25,777 nt of DNA from an uncultured Bacillota bacterium (GCA_963804645.1 CAWDRG010000014.1:1-25777), one strand, 5' to 3'. Positions 9,516-18,060 are shown, numbered from the stretch's first letter. The notes: a model not told the origin generated them from the letters alone. Translations and numbers: made by a program.

Positions 9516-9755
9516 TCACGGCGAAGATCGTCTCCAAGGTTATGGAGGTTATGGCGCGAGTATCCACCATGGCATCAACACGGTGATATCCTGGGAGGCT
9601 GCTCGTGAGCATCGTCAGCGAGGTCGCCGCGGCCCGAGCCCGTGGTCTGCTGGAGTCGATGTTGAAGGGGGCTCGTCCGACGGCTCGGCGTCGGCGTTTC
9701 GGGTAACTATGGACGGCGTGCCTGGGACCGCGGCGGGAAGTCTCGAACGACCGTA

Positions 9756-10529
9756 ATGCTCCTTGGCCCGCTCTACCGGATCTACGAAGCACGACTCCTA
9801 ACGAGCCTACGAGATGGACCCCTTCCCAAGCACGTTGGCCTCATCCTTGACGGCAACCGCCGCTATGCGGAGCAAGCGGGGCGATCGAGCGCCGACGCGT
9901 ACCGGCGAGGGGCCGACAAGGTTGACGACGTCCTCAAGTGGTGTGATGAACTCGGGATTGCCCAGGTCACGGTGTGGGTGCTCTCCATCGAAAATCTCAA
10001 CCGTCCTGTCGACGAGATACAACCTCTGCTCGATGTGATCGAGCGGAAGATTGCGGCATTGGCCGGGCATCCGGTGACAACACGACACAGACATCGCATC
10101 CGCGCGGTCGGTCACCTGGAGGCGCTCCCGCCATCCCTTCGGCAGACGATCGCTGAGGCGGAACGGCGCACCGCGGGGCATGATACCTGCGTCTTGAACC
10201 TCGCGGTCGGATACAGCGGCCGGCAGGAAATCACCGATGCAGTCCGGGCGCTGGTGCGGACTCACTACCGGCCGGGCATCACCATCGAGGACCTGATGGC
10301 GCACCTTACCCTCGAAGAGATCGGGTGCCACATGTACGCTGGGAGCGACGACGATCCTGACCTGATCATTCGCACCAGCGGGGAGATCCGACTAAGTGGT
10401 TTCCTGTTGTGGCAAAGCGTCTACAGCGAGTATTACTTCTGTGATGTCTACTGGCCCGCGTTCCGCAAGGTCGACTTCTTGCGGGCGCTTCGCAGCTATC
10501 AGCAGCGACAGCGTCGGTTTGGTCGGTAG
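9756..10529 (+). CDS. uppS: Cis-prenyltransferase (UppS family polyprenyl diphosphate synthase), possibly the short-chain Z-isoprenyl type
   Basis: 'HVGLILDGNRRYA', 'SIENLNRP', 'YSGRQEI', 'PDLIIRTSGEIRLSGFLLWQ', C-terminal 'RRFGR'. Confidence 0.95.
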   Translation: MLLGPLYRIYEARLLTSLRDGPLPKHVGLILDGNRRYAEQAGRSSADAYRRGADKVDDVLKWCDELGIAQVTVWVLSIENLNRPVDEIQPLLDVIERKIAALAGHPVTTRHRHRIRAVGHLEALPPSLRQTIAEAERRTAGHDTCVLNLAVGYSGRQEITDAVRALVRTHYRPGITIEDLMAHLTLEEIGCHMYAGSDDDPDLIIRTSGEIRLSGFLLWQSVYSEYYFCDVYWPAFRKVDFLRALRSYQQRQRRFGR

Positions 10530-10849
10530 TAGAGCGGGCATGTCGGGCGGCATGGCGCACCTCGACGCGGGCGATCGGATGCCCGACATCGGTATTATGC
10601 TCCGCGCGCCGCGCTGATATGCGCGAGCGTCGAGCGGGGCGGACCGGTGCGGAGAAAAGCCGCGGCCCGAGGCATCACGACGGGGGGAGGAACGTCGATG
10701 ACACCAAGGGCCGCGGCGTATTGCCGAATATGAGCAAGGTCGGGCCGACCGATCGTCCGTGCCCGCCCGTAGGCGGCACTCGCGCGGGTAGCCTCACCTG
10801 GTGATGTACAGCATCGGGAGGCGGGCGATCTCATAATGTTCTTGGCATT

Positions 10850-12190
10850 TCATCGCGCTTGTGCGGCGTCCAGCGCCGCCTGCAGCTGGGTATCCACGCC
10901 GCGCTCCATGTCGGCCTCCGTGAGCGTTACGGGAACGTCGGGTGAGAGTCCCAGGCCCTCAACCCGCGCGCCTCGAGGGGTGGTAATCCGCTCGACCGTC
11001 ACGGACATCCCACCCTCCGGAAGGGGAACGTCAACCGCCCCACCTAGAGCGCCCGCAGTCTTCTCTCCCACGATCGTCGCTCGATGATAGTCCCTGAACG
11101 CGCCGGTCACGATCTCCGCGGCGGAGGCGGTGCCCGCATCGACCAGAACAGCGAGGGGAACCTCGGCGAGGAGGCCCACCCCCCGCGCCGTAAGCACGCC
11201 AGTTCCGTTCCGCGGGTCCGTCACATCCGCGAGTGCGGTCCCGGACGGGAAGAACAGACCGCCGACGCGCTCCGCTTCGGTGATGAGGCCGCCGGGGTTG
11301 CCGCGCAGGTCGAGGATGACGGCGCGCAGCGGAGCCTGCATGCCGAGTTCCCGAAGGGCGGCGTTTAGATCGCGGCCGGCTCCCTGGCTAAACTGGAACA
11401 GGCGGGCGTAGGCGATGCCGGGCTGGATGAACCGGGCTTGCACGGCTCCCGATTGGATCGGGGCCCGGACGACCGACATCTGCAGGGTCTGCTGCCCCCG
11501 CAGCACGGTGAGGGCCACCGTCGTGCCCGCCGGACCGCGGACTGCCTGGCTCGCCTCCGCGGGGGTGGCATGCCGAAGGGACGTGGTCCCCGCCAGCACG
11601 ATCCGGTCAAAGCGTTGGATGCCCGCGGCTTCAGCGGGGGATCCCGGCACCACCTCGTCGACAAAGACCCAGCGCACGCCGGCGCCATCAGTCCGTCCCG
11701 TGATCCGCACACCGATCCCCGTGAACATCGACGCTCCCGTCAGTACCTGCTGAGACGCCGCGAATTGGCTCGGATTCATGAAGTAGGTGTGGGTGTCGTG
11801 CAGGGAGTTGAGCATCCCCTGGGTCGCGGCATACGCGAGTTTCGTCTCGGCCTGCGGATCCGCCTGAACGGCGCGCAAAAACTCCGTTACAAACGCGGCG
11901 TCCGCCTCCTGCTCCGTCGCGGTGCTCGGGATATCCGGGAGGATCGCGGCGCTCTCATGGGTAGCCGTCCGCACGGTCGCGAGCGCCGCGTTCAGCAGGT
12001 CGACCGGATGCACGGGCTCCGCATAGTTCCCTTCGAGCACCTGGAGTGCCGACACGACGAGCGACCCGTCGGCCGCCCTGGCGGGGGCCACCTGGGCCAG
12101 CAGCGCCAGCACTAGCACGAGGGCCAACGCCGCGAGAGTGCCGCGCGACCCCGCGGACCGCGCATGACCCAACTTCCCCAGTACGTTCAT
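10850..12190 (-). CDS. Exported S41-family peptidase with PDZ domain
   Basis: Signal peptide ending ARA; PDZ 'FTGIGVRI...VVPGSPAEAAGI'; 'ILDLRGNPGG'; catalytic 'TASAAEI'; ATG 12190 with GAGGAGG RBS. Confidence 0.93.
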   Translation of the reverse strand: MNVLGKLGHARSAGSRGTLAALALVLVLALLAQVAPARAADGSLVVSALQVLEGNYAEPVHPVDLLNAALATVRTATHESAAILPDIPSTATEQEADAAFVTEFLRAVQADPQAETKLAYAATQGMLNSLHDTHTYFMNPSQFAASQQVLTGASMFTGIGVRITGRTDGAGVRWVFVDEVVPGSPAEAAGIQRFDRIVLAGTTSLRHATPAEASQAVRGPAGTTVALTVLRGQQTLQMSVVRAPIQSGAVQARFIQPGIAYARLFQFSQGAGRDLNAALRELGMQAPLRAVILDLRGNPGGLITEAERVGGLFFPSGTALADVTDPRNGTGVLTARGVGLLAEVPLAVLVDAGTASAAEIVTGAFRDYHRATIVGEKTAGALGGAVDVPLPEGGMSVTVERITTPRGARVEGLGLSPDVPVTLTEADMERGVDTQLQAALDAAQAR

Positions 12191-12238
12191 TCTGAGACCT
12201 CCTCGTCCCACGCGGCGCATGTGCCGAAGGTACCCGCG

Positions 12239-12916
12239 CTACGCTGCGCGCTGCGCAGTAAACTGAATCTCCAGGTCCACCTGGTTCTGGGCCTGGAGCA
12301 CCCCGAGGAGGGACGGCGGATCGAATCCAAAGTCCGTCATCAGGACGCTCGTGGTGGCATCACCGGTCAGCGTCTGGCCATTGAGCGTGACCGTCCCGGT
12401 GAAGGTGACGGGCTTAATGACGCCATGGACTTCGAGGGTGCCCACGATCCGAACGGGGATCGCGCGGCCATCCACGTAGGCGCTCGGCAGGCCCTCGATC
12501 GAAGTCGAAGTGAACACCGCGGTCGGGTACCGCGCGGACTCGAGCCAGCCACTCTGGATTTCCCGGTCGCGGTGGCGGCTGTCTGAGGTGAGCTGGCTGA
12601 GGTCCACGGTGATCGGTCCGATCCGGCTCTGCGACGGGTGGGCCCGATCGACCAGGATCTGGCCCTGGATCCCGTGCGTGGTCCCAACCGCGACCTTGAA
12701 CTGATTGTTGCGGTTGAAGAACGTCTCGCCGACTCGGTACAGCGCCTGCGACGCCGGCGAATCGATCGCGAACCGCTCCACGCCGGCTACGGCGGGCGCC
12801 GGGACGGGGGCGGCCGCGAGGGCGCCGCCGGACGGCATCCAGGCGGCGAAAAGGGCCGTCAGCGCCAAGAGACCCACGCGGCGCCGCAGGTATGTCAATC
12901 CTGTCCAACTGTGCAT
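12239..12916 (-). CDS. yceI: Exported YceI-family (polyisoprenoid-binding) protein, copy 1
   Basis: Signal peptide; 'LTSDSRHRDREI', 'YPTAVFTSTSI', 'GTLEVHGVIKPVTF', 'TDFGFDPP'; AAGGAG RBS before ATG 12916. Confidence 0.9.
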   Translation of the reverse strand: MHSWTGLTYLRRRVGLLALTALFAAWMPSGGALAAAPVPAPAVAGVERFAIDSPASQALYRVGETFFNRNNQFKVAVGTTHGIQGQILVDRAHPSQSRIGPITVDLSQLTSDSRHRDREIQSGWLESARYPTAVFTSTSIEGLPSAYVDGRAIPVRIVGTLEVHGVIKPVTFTGTVTLNGQTLTGDATTSVLMTDFGFDPPSLLGVLQAQNQVDLEIQFTAQRAA

Positions 12917-13044
12917 GCCAAGTGCTCCTTTCACGCGTCGGCTCGTGCCGAGCGTCCGCGCGATCGCGCGGCTCGAATAATAGTCCAATCGGCTATCCTC
13001 TTCCGTTCCCGTACAACCTCAGTCGTCTCACCTCCAATGGCCTG

Positions 13045-13076
13045 AACGTACCTCGGCGAGATGACATTCGGATGAC
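13045..13076 (-). promoter_or_regulatory. Box C: direct-repeat operator plus -10
   Basis: Minus strand: GTCAT ccgaat GTCAT ctcgccgagg TACGTT, upstream of yceI copy 1. Confidence 0.85.
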
Positions 13077-13440
13077 ACAGGTCGCTTGCACGATCGAGCC
13101 GATCTCCGAGATTCCTGCCCTTCGCCGAACCGTGTTAGGGACGGCACGCACGTCAAGTCGCGCGCGCGTCCAGACCGTGATGGTTGACAAGAGCGGCTTG
13201 CGAGGCACGCCCGTGTGGCTGATGGGCATCAGTATCGATACTCCGACGCGCAAACGGAAGTCCGGTGAGCGCGCGCGTCTCGTCGCGCCGTGGAAGTATC
13301 ATCGCTGCGCTACCAGCCCTGTGGAAAGCCCGACACATGCTGTTACTGACCCGCCGTGTCCGGGAGCGCCGCCCGGGCAGCCCTGGCGCTGCGCCGGACC
13401 ACAACTGGAGATATTGAGGTCGTGAGTAGCACGGCCGTGG

Positions 13441-13474
13441 CTGTCATCGGCCTGTCATCCTCACCCGTTACGCT
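13441..13474 (+). promoter_or_regulatory. Box D: direct-repeat operator plus -10
   Basis: CTGTCAT cggc CTGTCAT cctcacccgt TACGCT, followed by GGAGGT and GTG 13513. Confidence 0.85.
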
Positions 13475-13512
13475 GGGATCGATTGGTGACGGGCATTGGA
13501 GGTGACACCATC

Positions 13513-14166
13513 GTGAGTGCAGAACGCGCCCCCTGGAAAATCGTCGTGTTGGCGCTGACCGCCGTGGTCGGCCTGGGGCTCGGGATCGACGGCGCCCGCG
13601 CGCCGGCTCTAAATCCGGCGCTCGCCGGTATCGGGAGCGCTGCGTCGGCAGCCGGGAGCACTGGCACGGACGGATCCGCGTCGCCCCGCGCTCATGACGG
13701 CAGCGCTCCGTCATCTGCCCGGCCCGGCCGAGGACCAACCGCAGGCGCTGGCGAGGAGGTGGGCGAGCGCGGAAACGCCGAACACGGTGAGACACTCGCC
13801 GCCTCGTCGCAGACTGCGCCGGCCGGGACGCCCTCCGGTTCGCCGCCTCCGGCGGTTGGTCCGCTGCTGGCAGAGATGTGGTACGCGTCTCGCGCCTATC
13901 AAGTATATCCAGCGATGCCGTCCGCTCAGACGAACCGCGCCCTGACCGGCTTCCGGCTCTCGTTCCAGGACGTAAGTCCGACGTCCGCGAAAGTCACGGT
14001 GACGGACCTCCAGGACAACACGACGCAAACTGCCACGTTCGGTCGCACCGACCGTCTCTACTTCATCGAAACACGAATGGGGGATGATGGCTTTGATGGC
14101 GAGACAAACCTTTCCGACGATGGATTCGTCCTCACGGACGCCCAAGGCCACATCATCAGCCGCTAG
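13513..14166 (+). CDS. Uncharacterised membrane-anchored/exported protein with Asp-rich C-terminal domain, copy 1
   Basis: Hydrophobic N-terminus, P/A/S/G linker, and a C-terminal domain of about 100 aa homologous to 18057..18785; GGAGGT RBS. Confidence 0.8.
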   Translation: MSAERAPWKIVVLALTAVVGLGLGIDGARAPALNPALAGIGSAASAAGSTGTDGSASPRAHDGSAPSSARPGRGPTAGAGEEVGERGNAEHGETLAASSQTAPAGTPSGSPPPAVGPLLAEMWYASRAYQVYPAMPSAQTNRALTGFRLSFQDVSPTSAKVTVTDLQDNTTQTATFGRTDRLYFIETRMGDDGFDGETNLSDDGFVLTDAQGHIISR

Positions 14167-14188
14167 CGACAGGCGGCTCGGTCCCTGC

Positions 14189-14560
14189 CTGATCGCCAGG
14201 TTGACGACCGGGCTCATCCTGGGATGCTTCGGATTTTGGGAACTCACCGGCCCGAGCCAATGGACGGGCTATGTGCCGCAGTTCCTGGCGAACATCGCCT
14301 CGCCACTGTTGCTCGTCGTCCTCCATGGGTGGATTTTGTTCCTGCTCGGCGCAGCGGCGCTGATCGATTTCGCGCCGGTGGTCACTGCATGGAGCGCGGT
14401 CGTCGTGGTGGCGGAGGTTGCCGGCGGGCTGGCACTGACGAGCGGGTTCACCGAGATCCTCGTCCGGGACGTTGGGCTCCTCGCCCTGGCGCTAGTATGG
14501 GCACTGGAGAGCAGACACCAGCGAGATGCATCCGCGGCGAATGAACTCGGAACGGCGTAG
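14189..14560 (+). CDS. DoxX-like four-TM membrane protein, copy 1 (start uncertain)
   Basis: 'ARLTTGLILGCFGFWEL..P.QW.GYVP', 'VRDVGLLALAL'; paralogue of 17680..18060. No ATG at the equivalent position (CTG 14189 or TTG 14201 are candidates). Confidence 0.75.
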   Translation: MIARLTTGLILGCFGFWELTGPSQWTGYVPQFLANIASPLLLVVLHGWILFLLGAAALIDFAPVVTAWSAVVVVAEVAGGLALTSGFTEILVRDVGLLALALVWALESRHQRDASAANELGTA

Positions 14561-14866
14561 CCGGGTCGTGGGCGATCGCGCTCCGTTTCTGCGCGAGCCG
14601 CGCCCGGTCTTGCAAAGGGGCAGAAGGTGGCAGCGTGGGCGCGCGATCCAGAGCGCGTCGCAATCGGCCCACCCGTGGGCACCTCGCGAGATCCGCGACC
14701 GCCGCTTTAGGCAATCGCACTATGCCGCTTCGGACGATGTCGACGGGCCTCCGATCAGACAGTGCAGAGGTGCACTCGGAAGAGTTCATGTGAGGCCGCC
14801 GATGGAAGGTGAGCCGTCAAGGCACCACGGATCAAGATACAGCCGAGATTCAAGGAGATGACAAAG

Positions 14867-15265
14867 ATGAAAGGATTTACAACTAATATTGAAGCAGCTG
14901 TGAGAACGAATACTAATTACCGCAAAGTGCTTTACACCGGAAAACACAGCCAATTGGTGCTGATGAGCCTTCGGCCAAGTGAAGAACTCGGAATGGAGGT
15001 GCATCCCAACAACGACCAATTCTTCCGATTTGAAATGGGGCAGGGCAAATGCATCATTGGCGGACACGAATACTTGGTCAAAGACGGAGATGTGGTCATT
15101 GTGCCCTCCGGAGCGAACCATAATGTAATCAATGTATCCGGTTCGGAGGAATTGAAGCTTTATACACTTTACAGTCCGCCACATCATAGAGACGGTATCG
15201 TCCGGGCTACCAAAGCCGAAGCCGAAAAAGACGCGCCCGAGTTTGACGGTGTGACGACAGAATAA
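14867..15265 (+). CDS. Cupin domain protein
   Basis: 'LYTGKHSQLVLMSL...GMEVH...DQFFRFE.G.G', 'GDVVIVPSGANHNVIN'; AAGGAG 9 nt upstream of ATG 14867; much lower GC than the flanks. Confidence 0.92.
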   Translation: MKGFTTNIEAAVRTNTNYRKVLYTGKHSQLVLMSLRPSEELGMEVHPNNDQFFRFEMGQGKCIIGGHEYLVKDGDVVIVPSGANHNVINVSGSEELKLYTLYSPPHHRDGIVRATKAEAEKDAPEFDGVTTE

Positions 15266-15270
15266 AGTCA

Positions 15271-15582
15271 GTGGAACGCACCGTTCGGGACTACGGGGTT
15301 TCGTGGTGCGCTCATCAACGGGAACACGGGACGGCCACTACCTCGACGAGCCGCCGGGGTGGGCTATTCGAACGCGCGCAGGCACTCGACGACGTCCCGA
15401 TCTACATTCACCCGGCCGACCCTCCGGTATGCGATACGGGACATTTACTTCAAAGAATATCAGGGACTGGCGCGCACGGCATGAGGGCGGGCGCTCGACA
15501 CCGGCACACATCTCCTCCAGCTTATGTGTCGCGGGCTCTTCGACGCCTATCCCAAGGCACGAAGCACCGTGGGGCATATCCG
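15271..15582 (+). pseudogene. Amidohydrolase-2 family (aromatic acid decarboxylase/ACMSD-like) internal fragment
   Basis: Across frameshifts: ERTVRDYG/FRGALINGNT/DGHYLDEP/LFERAQALDDVPIYIHPADP...LARTA*GRALDTGTHLLQLMCRGLFDAYPK...VGH. Confidence 0.75.
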
Positions 15583-15601
15583 GCAGCGTGCACACATGCG
15601 A

Positions 15602-16225
15602 TTAGCGCCGGGCGCCATCGCGGGCGACCGCCAGCGCGACCTGGTGCCATGGCTCGGGCGCCGGACTTGCGGCCTCCGATGACGACGATCGGCGGGTGAT
15701 CGGCGCTATCGATGCGGCGGTCGCCGGCACCACCTGACCGGTCTCGCGACCGCGCTCCCGGTAGACCAACGCCCCTCCGGAGTAGCCGGTGACCAGCAAC
15801 ACGGCGAAGGTCAGCACGCCAGCGACCATCGCCAGCCCCGGACGACGGAGTTTGCCCAGGGCGACGGCCAGGCGCGCGGCGACCCATAGCGCGACGAGAG
15901 CGAGCAGGACGTACCCCCAGTGCTCGTGGACCTCCACGCGCCGGCCGCTGAAGAAGTGCGCGAGGTCGGGCAGATGAATCCCCGGCGCCGCGACGGCGGC
16001 ACCACCCTCGCGCTCATTCGCTTCCGGAGTGATGCGACCACTCAGCACGGCCAACACCGTACCAACCGCGCCGGCGGCGAGGCAGTACAAGCCCGCGACT
16101 CGAAACGAGGACGACTTGCGCGCCCAGCCGATGACGTCGAACAGCAGGGCCATCGACAACAGGGCGACCGGGAAATGGGCCAGGATCGGGTGCAACTCGA
16201 CACGCCAGTTGAAGGGAAACGGCAT
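15602..16225 (-). CDS. DUF2231-like membrane protein
   Basis: 'LHPILAHFPVALL', 'HEHWG', 'TGYSGGALVY'; four hydrophobic segments; AAGGAGG RBS before ATG 16225. Confidence 0.85.
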   Translation of the reverse strand: MPFPFNWRVELHPILAHFPVALLSMALLFDVIGWARKSSSFRVAGLYCLAAGAVGTVLAVLSGRITPEANEREGGAAVAAPGIHLPDLAHFFSGRRVEVHEHWGYVLLALVALWVAARLAVALGKLRRPGLAMVAGVLTFAVLLVTGYSGGALVYRERGRETGQVVPATAASIAPITRRSSSSEAASPAPEPWHQVALAVARDGARR

Positions 16226-16270
16226 CGATCTTCCTCCTTGTCTCGTCTGCAGCGCCATCGACCGCGACGC

Positions 16271-16427
16271 ACTGTCTTCGGGCACCTTGAGCCCCGACAC
16301 GAACGCCCCGTCGACCACCCTCGCGGGAACCACCTGGACCACCGGCACCAACACGAGGGCCAACCCCGCGGGAGCGCCGCGCGCTCCCGCGAATCTCACG
16401 TGCCCCGGCGTCGCCCCGCACGACCAT
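16271..16427 (-). pseudogene. Frameshifted 5' remnant of a second S41 peptidase gene
   Basis: RFAGARGAPAGLALVLVPVVQVVPARVVDGAFVSGLKVPE aligns with the S41 N-terminus RSAGSRGTLAALALVLVLALLAQVAPARAADGSLVVSALQVLE; same position after yceI and a similar RBS context (cgaggag..ctcag.ATG). Confidence 0.8.
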
Positions 16428-16475
16428 GCTGAGCACTCCTCGCCTCATTCCGCGCGTGGGCCGAAGGGACGCGCG

Positions 16476-17153
16476 CTACGGCGCGCGCTGCGCCGTAAAC
16501 TGTATCTCCAACTCCACCTGATTCTGCGCCTGGAGAATCCCCATGAGGGACGGCGGATCGAATCCGAAATCCGTTATCAGGACGTTCGTGGTGGCATCTC
16601 CGGTCAGCGTCGGACCATTCAGCGTAACGGTGCCGGTAAAGGTGACCGGCTTGGTCACGTCGTGGACCTGAAGGGTACCGGCGATCCGCACGGGAATTGC
16701 GCGCCCTTCCGCCAGGGTTCCCGGCAGGCCGTCGATCGAGTTCGGAGTGAATACCGCGGTCGGGTATTGCGCGGAATCGAGCCAGCGAGTCTGGATTTCA
16801 CGGTCGCGATGGCGGCTGTCCGACGTGAGTTGACTGATGTTGACGGTGATCGGTCCGATCCGACTCTGCGACGGATGGGCGCGATCGACCAAGATCTGGC
16901 CCTGGATGTCGTGCGTGGTCCCAACCGCGACCGTGAACTGATTGTTGCGGTTGAAAAACGTCTCGCCCACGCGGTACAGCGCCTGCGACGCCGTCGCATC
17001 AATGACAAACCGTTCGATCCCCGCCGCGGCGGGCGCCGGGACGGGTGCAGCCGCCAGCGCCCCGCCAGATGGTATCCAGGCGGCGAGCAGGGCCGCCGCC
17101 AAGAGGCCCACACCGCGCCGCCGTAGGTAGGTCATTCCTGTCTCAATGCGCAT
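16476..17153 (-). CDS. yceI: Exported YceI-family protein, copy 2
   Basis: 225 aa, collinear with copy 1 (about 80% identical by manual count); AAGGAG RBS. Confidence 0.9.
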   Translation of the reverse strand: MRIETGMTYLRRRGVGLLAAALLAAWIPSGGALAAAPVPAPAAAGIERFVIDATASQALYRVGETFFNRNNQFTVAVGTTHDIQGQILVDRAHPSQSRIGPITVNISQLTSDSRHRDREIQTRWLDSAQYPTAVFTPNSIDGLPGTLAEGRAIPVRIAGTLQVHDVTKPVTFTGTVTLNGPTLTGDATTNVLITDFGFDPPSLMGILQAQNQVELEIQFTAQRAP

Positions 17154-17322
17154 GCTGCATGCTCCTTTCCATCCGCCCGACGTGGCGGGCCTCCGCGCGA
17201 TCGCGCGGTCGAGAGTTTTCGATCAGAGCGCCCGCTCGCTCCTGAAGGTTCCGGGTGTAGGGTCGATGGGACGCCGTCGGCACCGGTCCCGGCCCACACA
17301 AGCGGGTCGGTCGCACCTCTGT

Positions 17323-17354
17323 AGGCTACGCCGCCGAGATGACATCCGGATGAC
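17323..17354 (-). promoter_or_regulatory. Box E: direct-repeat operator plus -10
   Basis: Minus strand: GTCAT ccggat GTCAT ctcggcggcg TAGCCT, upstream of yceI copy 2. Confidence 0.85.
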
Positions 17355-17679
17355 ACGCGGTCCCGGCGGAACCAGGAGGTGTTCGGCGCTCCGGGGCTGC
17401 GCGGAGCGCCGGGTCGTGCTCGCCAGGGGTGGCCCGAGCGCCAGTGGACCGCGGCGGACCGCGCTTGGTGCTCTTCGCCGCCCCATGCCCGTGGTGCTGG
17501 AGATCAGCGAGGAGAGGTGACGAGGTGCGCAACCGCACCCAGGACGCAGCGAGGTGGCCCCCCTCGGGCGGGTTCCGGATTGGTCGAGGAGGCCGCCCAC
17601 CCACGCAGGTCGGGTGCCGCGTGCCACCCCCACGAAGCGTGGCGTGCCATGCGCCGGACTGCGACGCGCGGGACGTGCG

Positions 17680-18060
17680 TTACGGGTTCGAGTCGGGCGC
17701 CCTCGTTGCCTCCGGATGCGGTCCGGTTTCCTCCGCCGCCCAGACCAAGGCCAGCGCCAGCAGCCCGACGTCGCGGATGAAGGTCGCGGTGACACCACCC
17801 GTCCATGCGAGCACCGCGACGACTTCGGCCAGCGCGGCCACGGCGAGCCAGGCGGTCACCGGGGGAACGAAGTTGATCCAGGCCGCCGCGCCCAGCATCA
17901 AGAGCACCCACCCGTGCGCCAGGACGAGCGGCACGGCCTCGACGCGTGCCGCGGGAAGAGGAGGGACGTAGCCGATCCATTGGGCCGGCGCCGCGAGTTC
18001 CCAAGCACCGAAGCTCACAAATACCAATCCCGTGGCCAGCCGCGCGAGGAGACGGGTCAT
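17680..18060 (-). CDS. DoxX-like four-TM membrane protein, copy 2
   Basis: 'LARLATGLVFVSFGAWEL..P.QW.GYVP', 'IRDVGLLALAL'; ATGA overlap with the upstream gene. Confidence 0.82.
   Translation of the reverse strand: MTRLLARLATGLVFVSFGAWELAAPAQWIGYVPPLPAARVEAVPLVLAHGWVLLMLGAAAWINFVPPVTAWLAVAALAEVVAVLAWTGGVTATFIRDVGLLALALVWAAEETGPHPEATRAPDSNP

Noticed and set aside
8845..9756. 303-aa ORF as an intact histidine kinase
   Set aside because: No H-box, and the F/G2 boxes are in another frame; it is a mosaic of relics.
13397..13421. Imperfect inverted repeat GACCACAA-N9-TTGAGGTC upstream of box D
   Set aside because: Single occurrence with a mismatch; not found at the homologous position of boxes B or F.
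14600..14665. GQKVAAWARDPERVA resembling an NAD(P)-binding protein N-terminus
   Set aside because: Too short, and no GxxGxxG motif upstream.
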